From Vicinamibacterales bacterium (GTDB lineage: Bacteria; Acidobacteriota; Vicinamibacteria; Vicinamibacterales; 2-12-FULL-66-21), in assembly GCA_038320555.1 (NCBI GenBank), contig JBBQEJ010000002.1, positions 22,618-86,617 on the forward strand: 64,000 bases of DNA, read 5' to 3'. The translations under genes and the position numbers were made by a program. The notes below the pieces were generated by a model, which did not search any database, was not told where the DNA came from, and worked only from the letters and a program-made list of their open reading frames with translations. This document shows positions 45,213 through 53,980 of the stretch, one piece after another (position 1 is the stretch's first letter; each line of letters starts with the position of its first letter).

Positions 45213-46994
45213 TTACGAACGACTTTCCACTTCGATGAGCGACTCGCGCCGCTGCAACAGGGCCTGCTTCCTGACGAGCAGGGCATCCATGCCCCCCTCG
45301 GCGCCCTGTCCCAGCTCCTGCAGCCGGCTCAATTCCCGCTGAATCTCGCCCAAATCGCGATCGACTCGCAGCTTCTTGAGCGCCCTGACGCAATCCACTG
45401 CGGCGCCAGGAGGGCTGGACTGACGGCAGATTTCGTCGATCACGCCGGCTTCCCCCTTGCTTAGACGCTCCAGCAGCGTCCGAGGTATGGAGTCCGCCGG
45501 CCATCCCTGCAGGGATCGGGCCTGTTGAACGATCAGGCCCGCCGAGAGCCCATCCAGATCCCCCTCTTCGAGCTCTGCGAGGGCCGCAATGGCTCCTGCC
45601 GGATCCTTCATGATGGCCCAAATCAAGCCCCGTTCGGCCGGCTTGATTTGTCCCAGCGGGGGCAACGTTCGCTCTTCGACGGCGGTCTGACGGTGCACCG
45701 CAGCCTTGCGGATTTCCGTCCGAACCACCTCTTCAGTAATCCTCGCCTTGTGCGCCAGTCTGTCCGCAAACTGGTCACGGGCCGCGGCATCCGGAATACG
45801 CGCGGCCACCGCCAGCATCGCGTTCAGAAACTCGCGCCGGCTCTCGTCCTTTGAGAAGTCGTGCCCGGCCGACGCCCGGTCGAGCAGATGCTCGAGGTAA
45901 GGCCGCGACTGGCGCAGCCTCTCCTGATAGGCCGGCCCCCCCGATTTCCGAATGAAATTGTCCGGATCATCCCCGGACGGCAGCATCGCGACATTGACCT
46001 GAAAACCTTCCGCGACAAGCAGCTCCGAGGAACGCGCGGCGGCCCCCTGGCCCGCGGCGTCGGGATCGAAGCTGAGGACGACTTTGGACGCGAATCGTTT
46101 CAACAGCTTCGCCTGTGCTGACGTCAGTGCCGTTCCAGACGATGCGACGACGTTCGTGATTCCAGCCTGGTATGCCTGGGCGAAATCGAAGTATCCCTCC
46201 ACCATGACGGCGTGTTTTGCGCGCGTGATAGCGGCTTTGCTGAGGTGCAGCCCGTACAGCGTGCGCCCCTTCACATAGATCGGCGTTTCCGGCGAATTCA
46301 AGTACTTGGGCTGCTGCCCCTCCTCCATCGCCCGCCCGCCGAACGCCACGATCGCGCCGTTATCGCGGTAGATCGGGATGATCAGCCGGTTTCGAAACCG
46401 ATCCACCACCGTCCCTTCGTCCCGTTGGAGCGCCAATCCGCTCCGCAGCAACAGCGGCAGCGGGAATCCCTCCTTGAGCAGCCGGGCCTTGAGCGCCTCG
46501 CGGGACGCCGGAGCGTACCCGGCGCCAATCCGCTCAATCGTGTCCGCGGTCAGGCCGCGATCCTCGAGTTGGCGCCTGGCTGCGGCCGCCGCGGGGGTCC
46601 CCAATTGCTCGCGGAACCACCCTGCCGCGACTTCGTGGGCCTTGAGCAGGGAATCGCGATCGCGCTGTCCTTCCGCATCCTGCCTGGAATCCTCGGGCTC
46701 GGGCACGGCCAAGCCGGCGCGCGCGGCGAGTTGGCGGACGGCCTCCGGGAACGTGACCTTGTCAAAGAGCTCGACGAACTTGATGGCGTCGCCGCCGACG
46801 CCGCAACCAAAGCAATAAAAGAACCCTTTTTCGCCGTTCACCTGGAACGACGGCGTTTTCTCGCCGTGGAAGGGGCACAATCCCTTCCACGCCGTGCCGC
46901 TTCGCCGGAGCTGCACGGCCCGTTCCTGTACGACCTGCACGATGTCCGCGTGCGACTTGAGGTCGTCGATGAAGGATGCTGGAAAAAGCGACAT
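45213..46994 (-). CDS. dnaG: DNA primase DnaG
   Basis: Zinc-finger region CPFHGEKTPSFQVNGEKGFFYCFGCGVGGD and TOPRIM region VMVEGYFD. Confidence 0.95.
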   Translation of the reverse strand: MSLFPASFIDDLKSHADIVQVVQERAVQLRRSGTAWKGLCPFHGEKTPSFQVNGEKGFFYCFGCGVGGDAIKFVELFDKVTFPEAVRQLAARAGLAVPEPEDSRQDAEGQRDRDSLLKAHEVAAGWFREQLGTPAAAAARRQLEDRGLTADTIERIGAGYAPASREALKARLLKEGFPLPLLLRSGLALQRDEGTVVDRFRNRLIIPIYRDNGAIVAFGGRAMEEGQQPKYLNSPETPIYVKGRTLYGLHLSKAAITRAKHAVMVEGYFDFAQAYQAGITNVVASSGTALTSAQAKLLKRFASKVVLSFDPDAAGQGAAARSSELLVAEGFQVNVAMLPSGDDPDNFIRKSGGPAYQERLRQSRPYLEHLLDRASAGHDFSKDESRREFLNAMLAVAARIPDAAARDQFADRLAHKARITEEVVRTEIRKAAVHRQTAVEERTLPPLGQIKPAERGLIWAIMKDPAGAIAALAELEEGDLDGLSAGLIVQQARSLQGWPADSIPRTLLERLSKGEAGVIDEICRQSSPPGAAVDCVRALKKLRVDRDLGEIQRELSRLQELGQGAEGGMDALLVRKQALLQRRESLIEVESRS

Positions 46995-47010
46995 ATCAGT
47001 GCAATTCGCC

Positions 47011-49500
47011 TTACTCCTTCAGTTCAACCACCGTCACTCCGCCCCCACCCTGGTTATCGGGCGCGGGGGCAGCGTTTGACACGAACGGATGCGTGCGGAG
47101 GAACTCGGCAATCGCGCGGCGCAGCTGGCCGGTGCCGTATCCGTGGATGATGCGCACGGACTTGACCTCGCTCAGCAGCGCGTCGTCGAGGAATTTCTCC
47201 GTGCGAGCCAACGCCTCCTCGACGTGGGCGCCGATGACGTTCAACTCGGTCGACGATCCCTCGCGCGGCTGCCACTCGACATTGACCCGCACGCGGGCCG
47301 GCTGCGCATTCACCGTCGCGGCGGGGGTGACGACACGGAGCTCGTCCACTCGCGCGCGCAGCCGTTTGCCGCGCACGTCCACTTCTGCTTCGCGATCGTG
47401 CAGCGCCTGCACGACCCCCTCGAGGCCGAAGGCGCCGACGAGCACGCGATCGCCGATTGCCGGCGCGCGGGCCGGCTCCATCCGCGCCACCGGTGTGGCC
47501 TCCGCCGCGTCGGGATGCGCGCGCAGCCGTTCGCCAATAGCCTCGACGGCGGCCCGGGCTTCGGCCCGAGCCGCGCCCGTTTCGCCGGTGGGGATGAGGC
47601 GGGGCGCCATCCTCCGCTCCGCATCCGCCGCCAGCGCCTCGGTCCGTGCTTTGAGCGCGTCTACGACGGTATCGATCTCGCGGCGGGCATCCCGCAGGCG
47701 CTCCTCGATCCGTTCGTCGAGGCGGCGCTTGAACGTGTCCTCGCGGTTGCGCAGCTCCTGATCGCGTACCTGCAGCCTGGTCCCCGCCTCGGCGAGCGTC
47801 TCCCGCTCGCGCACAGCGAGTCGCCGTTCGTGATCGAGCGACTGCAGGTCGCGCTCGATCTTGGCGAGGTGCTCGGCGAGCTGGGATTCCCGGGCGCTCC
47901 GATGTGCGCGCGCCTGTTCGATGACGTCGGCGGGCATCCCGAGGCGGTTGGCGATCTCGAGCGCAAGGCTGCTGCCGGGGGACCCATAGTTGAGCCGATA
48001 GGTCGGGGCGAACGTCTCTGGATCGAAACCAAACCCCGCCGCCATAACACCTTCGGTCGTCGACGCGTACGACTTCAGCGCATCGTAGTGCGTCGTCGCG
48101 ATCACCATCGCGCCGCGGCGTCGGAAGTGGTCGATGATCGCCATCGCGAGCGCGCCACCTTCGAGCGGGTCGGTCCCGGCGCCCGCCTCGTCGAGGAGCA
48201 CGAGCGAGGGCAGGATCAACGCTTTCTCCATCGAGACGATACTCGCGATGTGGGCGGAAAACGTGCTCAGGTTTGCCGAGATCGACTGCTCGTCGCCGAT
48301 GTCGGCAAACACCGTGCGGAAGACGGGTATCTGTGAGCCGCCCGCGGCCGGGATCAGGATGCCTGCCTGCGCCATCACGGACAAGAGACCGGCGGTCTTG
48401 AGCGCAACCGTCTTGCCACCTGTGTTAGGTCCGGTGACGACAAGTACATTCGTCGGTGGGATTAGGACGACGTCAACGGGGACTGGGCCCTCGAATCGCG
48501 AATCGCGAGTCGCGATTCGCGGTTCGCTCTCTTCAGCGGATTCATCGCTGAGTCGCCGCCGCACGGCGGGGATGAGCAGCGGATGCCTACCGGCGCGGAT
48601 CTCGAGTCGGCCATCCGTCGCGATTGCCGGCTCGGTCCCATCGATGAGCAGCGAAAACTGCGCGCGGGCCTGGAGCACGTCGAGCTCGGTTGCCGCCTGC
48701 ACGGTGCGCTCGAGATCGCCTCCGCGGCGGCGGAACGCATCGGTCAGCTCCAGCAGAATACGACGGACTTCCTCTGCCTCCTGCTGCTCGAGCGCGACGA
48801 TGTCGTTGTTGATTTCAACCGTGCTGAGCGGCTCGAGAAAGAGACTGGCGCCGCTGCCCGAGCTGCCGTGCACGATTCCGGGAATCGCGGAGCGATGTTC
48901 AGATCGAACGACGAGCACGTAGCGTCCATTGCGATCCGTGACGATCTGCTGCTGCAAGTATTTGGAGGTGTCCTTGCCGCGCAGATACGATTCCAGCGTG
49001 CCGCGCAGACGCGTACGCTGTTTCCGCAATCGATCCCGCACGCTTCGGAGCTCAGGACTTGCGTCGTCCATCACCTCGCCGGCCGGATCGATCTTGCGGC
49101 GGATGTCGGATATCTCGGCGTCGAACGTGGCAGACCCGTCTGCGATCGCGCGAAGAATCGGGCAGGCACCGCGGGCGCGCCGGACCGACGCGCAGGTCAC
49201 GTCGACCGACGCGAGAAACGAGCCGAGTGCGAGGAGGTGTCCGGCGTCGAGCGCTCGTCCGTCGACCCCAAGCGAGCTCAGTATAGCGTCGAGGTCCGCG
49301 GGGGCGTGAAGGCCGATCTGATTGTCCGCCAGGAACCGTACGGTTTCCGAAGTCGCGGCAAGCGCGGTCGCAACCGCGCGCGGCTCCGTCTGAGGCTCGA
49401 GTAACGCCAGGCGCGCGGCTCCGGGCGGGGTCTGCGCAAAGCGGCAAACCGCCTCGACAATCCGATCGAACTCAAGGGCCCTCAGGGCGCCTGCATGCAT
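47011..49500 (-). CDS. mutS2: endonuclease MutS2 (MutS domain + C-terminal Smr)
   Basis: 829 aa. VVTGPNTGGKTVALKTAGL, LVLLDEAGAGTDP and C-terminal Smr (VRIIHGYGTGQLRRAI). Contains an in-frame palindromic insertion (see repeat 48492-48526). Confidence 0.95.
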   Translation of the reverse strand: MHAGALRALEFDRIVEAVCRFAQTPPGAARLALLEPQTEPRAVATALAATSETVRFLADNQIGLHAPADLDAILSSLGVDGRALDAGHLLALGSFLASVDVTCASVRRARGACPILRAIADGSATFDAEISDIRRKIDPAGEVMDDASPELRSVRDRLRKQRTRLRGTLESYLRGKDTSKYLQQQIVTDRNGRYVLVVRSEHRSAIPGIVHGSSGSGASLFLEPLSTVEINNDIVALEQQEAEEVRRILLELTDAFRRRGGDLERTVQAATELDVLQARAQFSLLIDGTEPAIATDGRLEIRAGRHPLLIPAVRRRLSDESAEESEPRIATRDSRFEGPVPVDVVLIPPTNVLVVTGPNTGGKTVALKTAGLLSVMAQAGILIPAAGGSQIPVFRTVFADIGDEQSISANLSTFSAHIASIVSMEKALILPSLVLLDEAGAGTDPLEGGALAMAIIDHFRRRGAMVIATTHYDALKSYASTTEGVMAAGFGFDPETFAPTYRLNYGSPGSSLALEIANRLGMPADVIEQARAHRSARESQLAEHLAKIERDLQSLDHERRLAVRERETLAEAGTRLQVRDQELRNREDTFKRRLDERIEERLRDARREIDTVVDALKARTEALAADAERRMAPRLIPTGETGAARAEARAAVEAIGERLRAHPDAAEATPVARMEPARAPAIGDRVLVGAFGLEGVVQALHDREAEVDVRGKRLRARVDELRVVTPAATVNAQPARVRVNVEWQPREGSSTELNVIGAHVEEALARTEKFLDDALLSEVKSVRIIHGYGTGQLRRAIAEFLRTHPFVSNAAPAPDNQGGGGVTVVELKE
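48492..48526. repeat. 35-bp near-perfect palindrome of the CGCGAAT/GAACCGC family inside the mutS2 coding sequence
   Basis: cgaatcgcgaatcgcga g tcgcgattcgcggttcg, one mismatch between arms. The 19-mer gtcgcgattcgcggttcgc (48509-48527) is identical to intergenic 53846-53864. It encodes EPRIATRDSRFE. Confidence 0.85.
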
Positions 49501-49601
49501 CGGGCTGAATAGGAATGAATGACCCGGGGACAGGACAATCCCTAACTATATAGTAAAGCTTCTGTTAGGTTCCATAACGTTCTGGCCGATCCGCAGACGC
49601 T

Positions 49602-49724
49602 CAGGTTCTTCAGGGTTCTACTTCGTTCTGCAGGGTTCTACTGGGTTCGCCGCGACTAAGGTGGGCCGACGAACCAAGAGAACCTTGAAGAACCTGGTAG
49701 AACCCGGTAGAACCTCGTAGAACC
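49602..49724. repeat. long imperfect hairpin of GGTTCT units (49602-49649) and AGAACC units (49670-49724), including three tandem decamers NGGTAGAACC
   Basis: caggttcttcagggttctacttcgttctgcagggttctactgggttcg ... cgaaccaagagaaccttgaagaacc tggtagaacc cggtagaacc tcgtagaacc. It ends 6 nt before the larB stop codon. Confidence 0.75.
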
Positions 49725-49730
49725 TTGGGA

Positions 49731-50492
49731 TTAAGGAAGATGGTTGATCGCGCTGGCAATCGCAGCGGCGCCGAATCCGTTGTCGATGTTGACGACGGAA
49801 ACCCCGCTTGCGCAGCTGTTTAGCATTGCCAGAAGCGCGGTAATTCCGCCGAAACTTGCGCCGTATCCCACGCTCGTCGGGACCGCGATGACCGGAGCGT
49901 CCACCAGGCCGCCGACGACGCTCGGGAGTGCGCCCTCCATGCCGGCGACGACGATGACGACGTGGGCGGCCGTCAGGCGGGCGTGCTCGGCGAGCAGGCG
50001 GTGGAGTCCGGCGACGCCGACGTCGTACAGCCTATCCACCGTATTTCCCATGATTTCGGCGGATGTCACAGCTTCCTCGGCGACCGGAAGGTCTGCCGTG
50101 CCGGCAGCTGCCACCAGAATAGTGCCCCGGCCCGGCGGCATGGAGGTCAAGCGTAATGTTATGGTTCGCGCCTGTTCGTGGAATGATGCAGCGGGCAGTC
50201 GCTCGCGGATCGCCTCGTAGGCGTCGCGGGTGGCCCGGGTCACCAACAGGTTATGGCCGGCTGCGACGATTCGTTCTGAAATAGCAGCGATTTGTTCGGG
50301 AGTTTTTCCCGGACCGTACACCACTTCGGGAAACCCCTGACGCACGCTTCGATGATGATCGACTCGCGCGAAGCCCAGGTTTTCATAGGGAGACTGGCGC
50401 AGATATTGAAGGAGCTGTACATGCGCCGACTCAGGTGTGACGGCGCCGGACCGCACTTCCTCGAGTAAATCGCGGAGCTGAAGGCGGTTCAT
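49731..50492 (-). CDS. larB: nickel-pincer cofactor biosynthesis protein LarB (PurE-like)
   Basis: 253 aa. GFARVDHHRSVRQGFPEVVYGPGKTPEQI, ILVAAAGTADLPVAEEA, VIVVAGMEGALPSVVGGLV, VIAVPTSVGYGASFGG. Confidence 0.85.
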   Translation of the reverse strand: MNRLQLRDLLEEVRSGAVTPESAHVQLLQYLRQSPYENLGFARVDHHRSVRQGFPEVVYGPGKTPEQIAAISERIVAAGHNLLVTRATRDAYEAIRERLPAASFHEQARTITLRLTSMPPGRGTILVAAAGTADLPVAEEAVTSAEIMGNTVDRLYDVGVAGLHRLLAEHARLTAAHVVIVVAGMEGALPSVVGGLVDAPVIAVPTSVGYGASFGGITALLAMLNSCASGVSVVNIDNGFGAAAIASAINHLP

Positions 50493-50514
50493 GGCTCCAA
50501 CAGGGAAGGGGTCG

Positions 50515-50544
50515 TTGATCTGTTTGCGAGCCGAGCTGTAATAT
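50515..50544 (+). promoter_or_regulatory. candidate promoter TTGATC - 18 nt - TAATAT for the GT2 synthase gene
   Basis: Hexamers at 50515-50520 and 50539-50544, in an AT-richer patch 35 nt upstream of the ATG. Confidence 0.3.
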
Positions 50545-50578
50545 TATCGTTTGTGTTGCGTGACGGATTCATTCCTCT

Positions 50579-52075
50579 ATGACGCCTCTTGAGACTCTGA
50601 TCCTCGTCCTGTATTTTTTCGTTCTCAGCATCCTGGCAATTTACGGGTGGCACCGCTATTACCTTGTGTATCTTTACACGAAAAACAAGGGTAACGTGCC
50701 GCTCCCGGTGCCGGAGATGCCGGTGCTGCCGCGCGTCACCGTGCAGCTGCCGATCTTCAACGAGATGTATGTCGCCGACCGGCTGATCGATGCCGTCTGC
50801 GAGATGGACTACCCGCGCGAGCTGTTCGAAATCCAGGTTCTGGACGACTCAACGGACGAGACGACATCGATTGCCGCGCTGGCCGTTCGACGCCACGCGT
50901 CGCGTGGATTCAACATCCGCTACATGCACCGGGTCGATCGAACGGGGTACAAGGCCGGTGCGCTCGAAGCGGGGCTGGCGGAATCCACCGGTGAGTTCAT
51001 CGCCATCTTCGACGCGGACTTCATCCCCCCGTCCGACTTCCTGATGCGGACGCTGCCGCACTTCGGAGCCGACCCGCGAATCGGCATGGTGCAGGCGCGA
51101 TGGGGCCACATCAACCAGGACTATTCGCTCCTCACCAAGATCCAGTCGATTCTCCTCGACGCGCATTTCGTGCTCGAGCACGGCAGCCGCCACCGGGCCG
51201 GCTGTTTCTTCAATTTCAACGGCACCGCGGGCGTCTGGCGGCGGGAAGCGATTGCCTCCGCCGGGGGCTGGCAGCACGACACGCTGACCGAGGATCTCGA
51301 TCTCAGCTACCGGGCGCAGCTTGCCGGCTGGCGTTTCGTGTTTCTTCCCGACGTGGTGTCGCCCGCCGAAGTGCCCGTCGAGATGAACTCGTTCAAGTCG
51401 CAGCAGCACCGCTGGGCGAAGGGCTCCATCCAGACGTGCATGAAGCTGCTGCCGAGAATTCTTCGCTCGAACCAGCCGCTCTCCGTGAAAGCGGAAGCGT
51501 TCTTTCACCTGTCGGCCAACTTCAACTACCTGTTGATGTCGCTGCTCTCGATCCTGATGTTCCCCGCCATGTGGGTGCGCTACAACATGGGATGGAGCGA
51601 GATGCTCATCATCGACGTCCCGCTCTTCTGCGCGGCCACCGCCTCGATTGGCGTCTTCTACGTCAAAGCGCAGCGTGAGCTGTATACCGACTGGCGGCAG
51701 CGCATGAAGTACCTGCCGTTCCTGATGTCAATCGGGATTGGTCTGTGCGTCAACAACACGCGCGCCGTGCTCGAGGCACTCTTCCACAAGCAGAGCGAGT
51801 TCGCGCGGACTCCGAAGTACGGCATCGAACGCGACAGCGACGAGTGGGTGGGCAAGAAGTATCACCAGTCGGTGGGCGTGCAGCCGCTTATCGAGCTGGC
51901 GCTCGGCCTGTATTTTACCGCCACGGTCTTTTACGCACTGGTGAATCAGATCTATGCGACGCTCCCGTTCCTGATGCTCTTCCAGATCGGATTTCTTTAT
52001 ACCGGTCTCCTGTCGATCCTCCAGCAGTACACCGGCGAGAGCGTCATGCTCAAGGCGCCGGAAGTCGCGAAATAG
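50579..52075 (+). CDS. processive membrane-embedded GT2 synthase (cellulose-synthase-like / CslA-type beta-glycan synthase)
   Basis: 498 aa. VTVQLPIFNEMYV, QVLDDSTDET, AIFDADFIPPSDF, TEDLDLSYRAQLAGW, QQHRWAKG (QxxRW). TM helices flank the catalytic domain. Confidence 0.85.
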   Translation: MTPLETLILVLYFFVLSILAIYGWHRYYLVYLYTKNKGNVPLPVPEMPVLPRVTVQLPIFNEMYVADRLIDAVCEMDYPRELFEIQVLDDSTDETTSIAALAVRRHASRGFNIRYMHRVDRTGYKAGALEAGLAESTGEFIAIFDADFIPPSDFLMRTLPHFGADPRIGMVQARWGHINQDYSLLTKIQSILLDAHFVLEHGSRHRAGCFFNFNGTAGVWRREAIASAGGWQHDTLTEDLDLSYRAQLAGWRFVFLPDVVSPAEVPVEMNSFKSQQHRWAKGSIQTCMKLLPRILRSNQPLSVKAEAFFHLSANFNYLLMSLLSILMFPAMWVRYNMGWSEMLIIDVPLFCAATASIGVFYVKAQRELYTDWRQRMKYLPFLMSIGIGLCVNNTRAVLEALFHKQSEFARTPKYGIERDSDEWVGKKYHQSVGVQPLIELALGLYFTATVFYALVNQIYATLPFLMLFQIGFLYTGLLSILQQYTGESVMLKAPEVAK

Positions 52076-52194
52076 GCTCAGGCCTCAGCGTACAGATTGG
52101 CAGGCGCGTGCTTGCACCTGCACCCTGAGCCATGTACCCTGCCAGCCTGTACCCGGTACTCCAGTCCTGAGCCCTTTTATTTAAAGGAGCGGCC

Positions 52195-52632
52195 ATGAAC
52201 TTCACGCGTGTCGCGACGGCGGCCCTCGCCGCCTGGGTCCTGTACATGGTCATGGGATACCTCGTCCACGGCGTGCTGCTGAGGGATCTCTACATGCAGT
52301 ACGCCGGTGTGATGCGCCCGGAGGCGCAGGCCCAAACCATTCTGCCGGTCAACTTTGGCGTGGTGCTGGTCGGGTTCTTCGCATTTGCCTACGCCTACGC
52401 GAAGGGGTACGAGGGCGGGAACGCTCTGCAGGAGGGGTTGCGCTTCGGCGTGCTCGTGGGGATCATGCTGTGTACGTTCGGGACCATCTGGGAGTACATG
52501 GTCTGGCCGGTGGGCCGGCGCCTCCTTGCCGCGTGGTTGGTCGACTACATCGTGGAGTTCGCCCTTTACGGAATCGTTGTCGGGCTGATTTACAAGCCTG
52601 CGGCCGTGCTCACCAAACGGGTGGCGCTCTAG
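52195..52632 (+). CDS. small integral membrane protein (DUF1761-like, tentative)
   Basis: 145 aa with four hydrophobic segments. AAAGGAG RBS 7 nt upstream of the ATG. Confidence 0.6.
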   Translation: MNFTRVATAALAAWVLYMVMGYLVHGVLLRDLYMQYAGVMRPEAQAQTILPVNFGVVLVGFFAFAYAYAKGYEGGNALQEGLRFGVLVGIMLCTFGTIWEYMVWPVGRRLLAAWLVDYIVEFALYGIVVGLIYKPAAVLTKRVAL

Positions 52633-52684
52633 AGACAGCCCACGGGCCGCCGGCCGCTGGCATGGAACCGCCCGGGTCCCGAAT

Positions 52685-52693
52685 TGATATGAT
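52685..52693 (+). promoter_or_regulatory. candidate extended -10 element TGaTATGAT ending 6 nt before the citrate synthase ATG (possible leaderless mRNA)
   Basis: gaatTGaTATGATgaatttATG. There is no SD-like sequence between the -10 box and the ATG. Confidence 0.35.
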
Positions 52694-52699
52694 GAATTT

Positions 52700-53839
52700 A
52701 TGACGACGGAAGCAAAACCGAAAGCGGGACTGGAAGATGTCGTAGCGGCCTCGTCGGCCATCTGCTATCTGGACGGCGATCGCGGTGTGCTCGCGTATTA
52801 CGGGTACGACATCCATGACCTCGCTCGCGGTGTGTCGTTCGAAGAAGTCTGTTACCTGCTGTGGCACGGCCGGCTGCCGAACCGCGCCGAGCTTGGGGAT
52901 CTTCAATCACAGCTTGCAGCCGCCCGCCCCTTGTCCGAGCCGATCCTGCGGCTGATGAAGCAGCTGCCTGCCTCCGACGGTATGGACATGCTGCGGACCT
53001 TGACGTCTGCGCTCGGCCAGTACGATCCGGAAGCCTCGGACAACTCGCAGGCGGCCAATTACCGCAAAGCCGTGCGCCTGACCGCGCAGATCGGAAGCAC
53101 TGTCGCGACATATGGCCGCATGCAAGCGGGCGGCGGCCCGATCCAGCCGGATCCGGCGCTCGGGCATGCGGCGAACTTCCTGTACATGCTCACCGGCACG
53201 CGCCCGAGCGCGCTCTCGACCCATGCGTTCGACGTGGCGCTCGTGCTGCATGCGGATCACGAGCTGAACGCGTCCACGTTTGCCGCGCGTGTCGCGGCCG
53301 CCACGCTGACGGATCTCTACTCCGCGATTGTCGGCGCCATCGGCGCGTTGAAGGGGCCGCTCCACGGCGGCGCAAACGCCGACGTGATGCGGCTGCTGAT
53401 TGAAATCGGCCCCGAGGCGCCCCCCGAGCGAATCGAAGAATCCATTCGCGCCAAGCTGGCCACGAAGATCAAGATTCCCGGGTTCGGGCATCGTGTGTAC
53501 CACACGGAGGATCCGCGGGCAACCCATCTGCGGCGGATGTCGAAGGAGCTTGGCGAGCGCGCCGGGAATACGCGCTGGTTCGAGATGTCGCAGCGGATCG
53601 AGAACCTCGTCAAGGCCGAGAAGAAGCTGTACCCGAACGTCGACTTCTACTCCGCCTCGACGTACTACACGCTCGGGATTCCGATCGATCTGTTCACGCC
53701 GATCTTCGCGGTGAGCCGCATTTCGGGCTGGGCCGCACACTGCCTGGAACAGTACGCCAACAATCGCCTGATTCGTCCGCGCACCGATTACATCGGTCCG
53801 GAGTACCCGCAGACGGTCCTGCCGCTCGACCAGCGCTAG
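52700..53839 (+). CDS. gltA: citrate synthase (short, about 380-aa type)
   Basis: GLEDVVAASSAICYLDGDRGVLAYYGYDIHDLA, GPLHGGANADV, GFGHRVYHTEDPRA. Confidence 0.92.
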   Translation: MTTEAKPKAGLEDVVAASSAICYLDGDRGVLAYYGYDIHDLARGVSFEEVCYLLWHGRLPNRAELGDLQSQLAAARPLSEPILRLMKQLPASDGMDMLRTLTSALGQYDPEASDNSQAANYRKAVRLTAQIGSTVATYGRMQAGGGPIQPDPALGHAANFLYMLTGTRPSALSTHAFDVALVLHADHELNASTFAARVAAATLTDLYSAIVGAIGALKGPLHGGANADVMRLLIEIGPEAPPERIEESIRAKLATKIKIPGFGHRVYHTEDPRATHLRRMSKELGERAGNTRWFEMSQRIENLVKAEKKLYPNVDFYSASTYYTLGIPIDLFTPIFAVSRISGWAAHCLEQYANNRLIRPRTDYIGPEYPQTVLPLDQR

Positions 53840-53845
53840 CGGACG

Positions 53846-53980
53846 GTCGCGATTCGCGGTTCGCGGGTTTGGCTCCTTCTTTGTGGCGTCCGCCTTCCGC
53901 CTTCGCGCGAAGCGCTACGGCGAGACCTCGACGAAGCTCGAAGAGCGAAGTCGGGGCGGAGGCTGGTTGGGCGGAAGGAC
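53846..53980. repeat. composite repeat region: GAACCGC-family 19-mer, CGAAG-rich stretch with palindrome cttcgcgcgaag, bulged hairpin gtccgccttccgcc / ggcggaaggac
   Basis: Read directly from the sequence. 53846-53864 is identical to 48509-48527 inside mutS2. A tagcggc unit follows at 53981-53987. Confidence 0.65.

Noticed and set aside
43521-45464. 647-aa plus-strand ORF antisense to rpoD
   Set aside because: This is a shadow ORF. rpoD on the minus strand is unmistakable.
49540-49570. A specific -35/-10 assignment for the mutS2 promoter in the AT-rich patch (TACTAT/TATATA on the minus strand)
   Set aside because: Several overlapping hexamers fit equally poorly to a -35 partner. I could not choose one with any confidence, so it is reported only as context.
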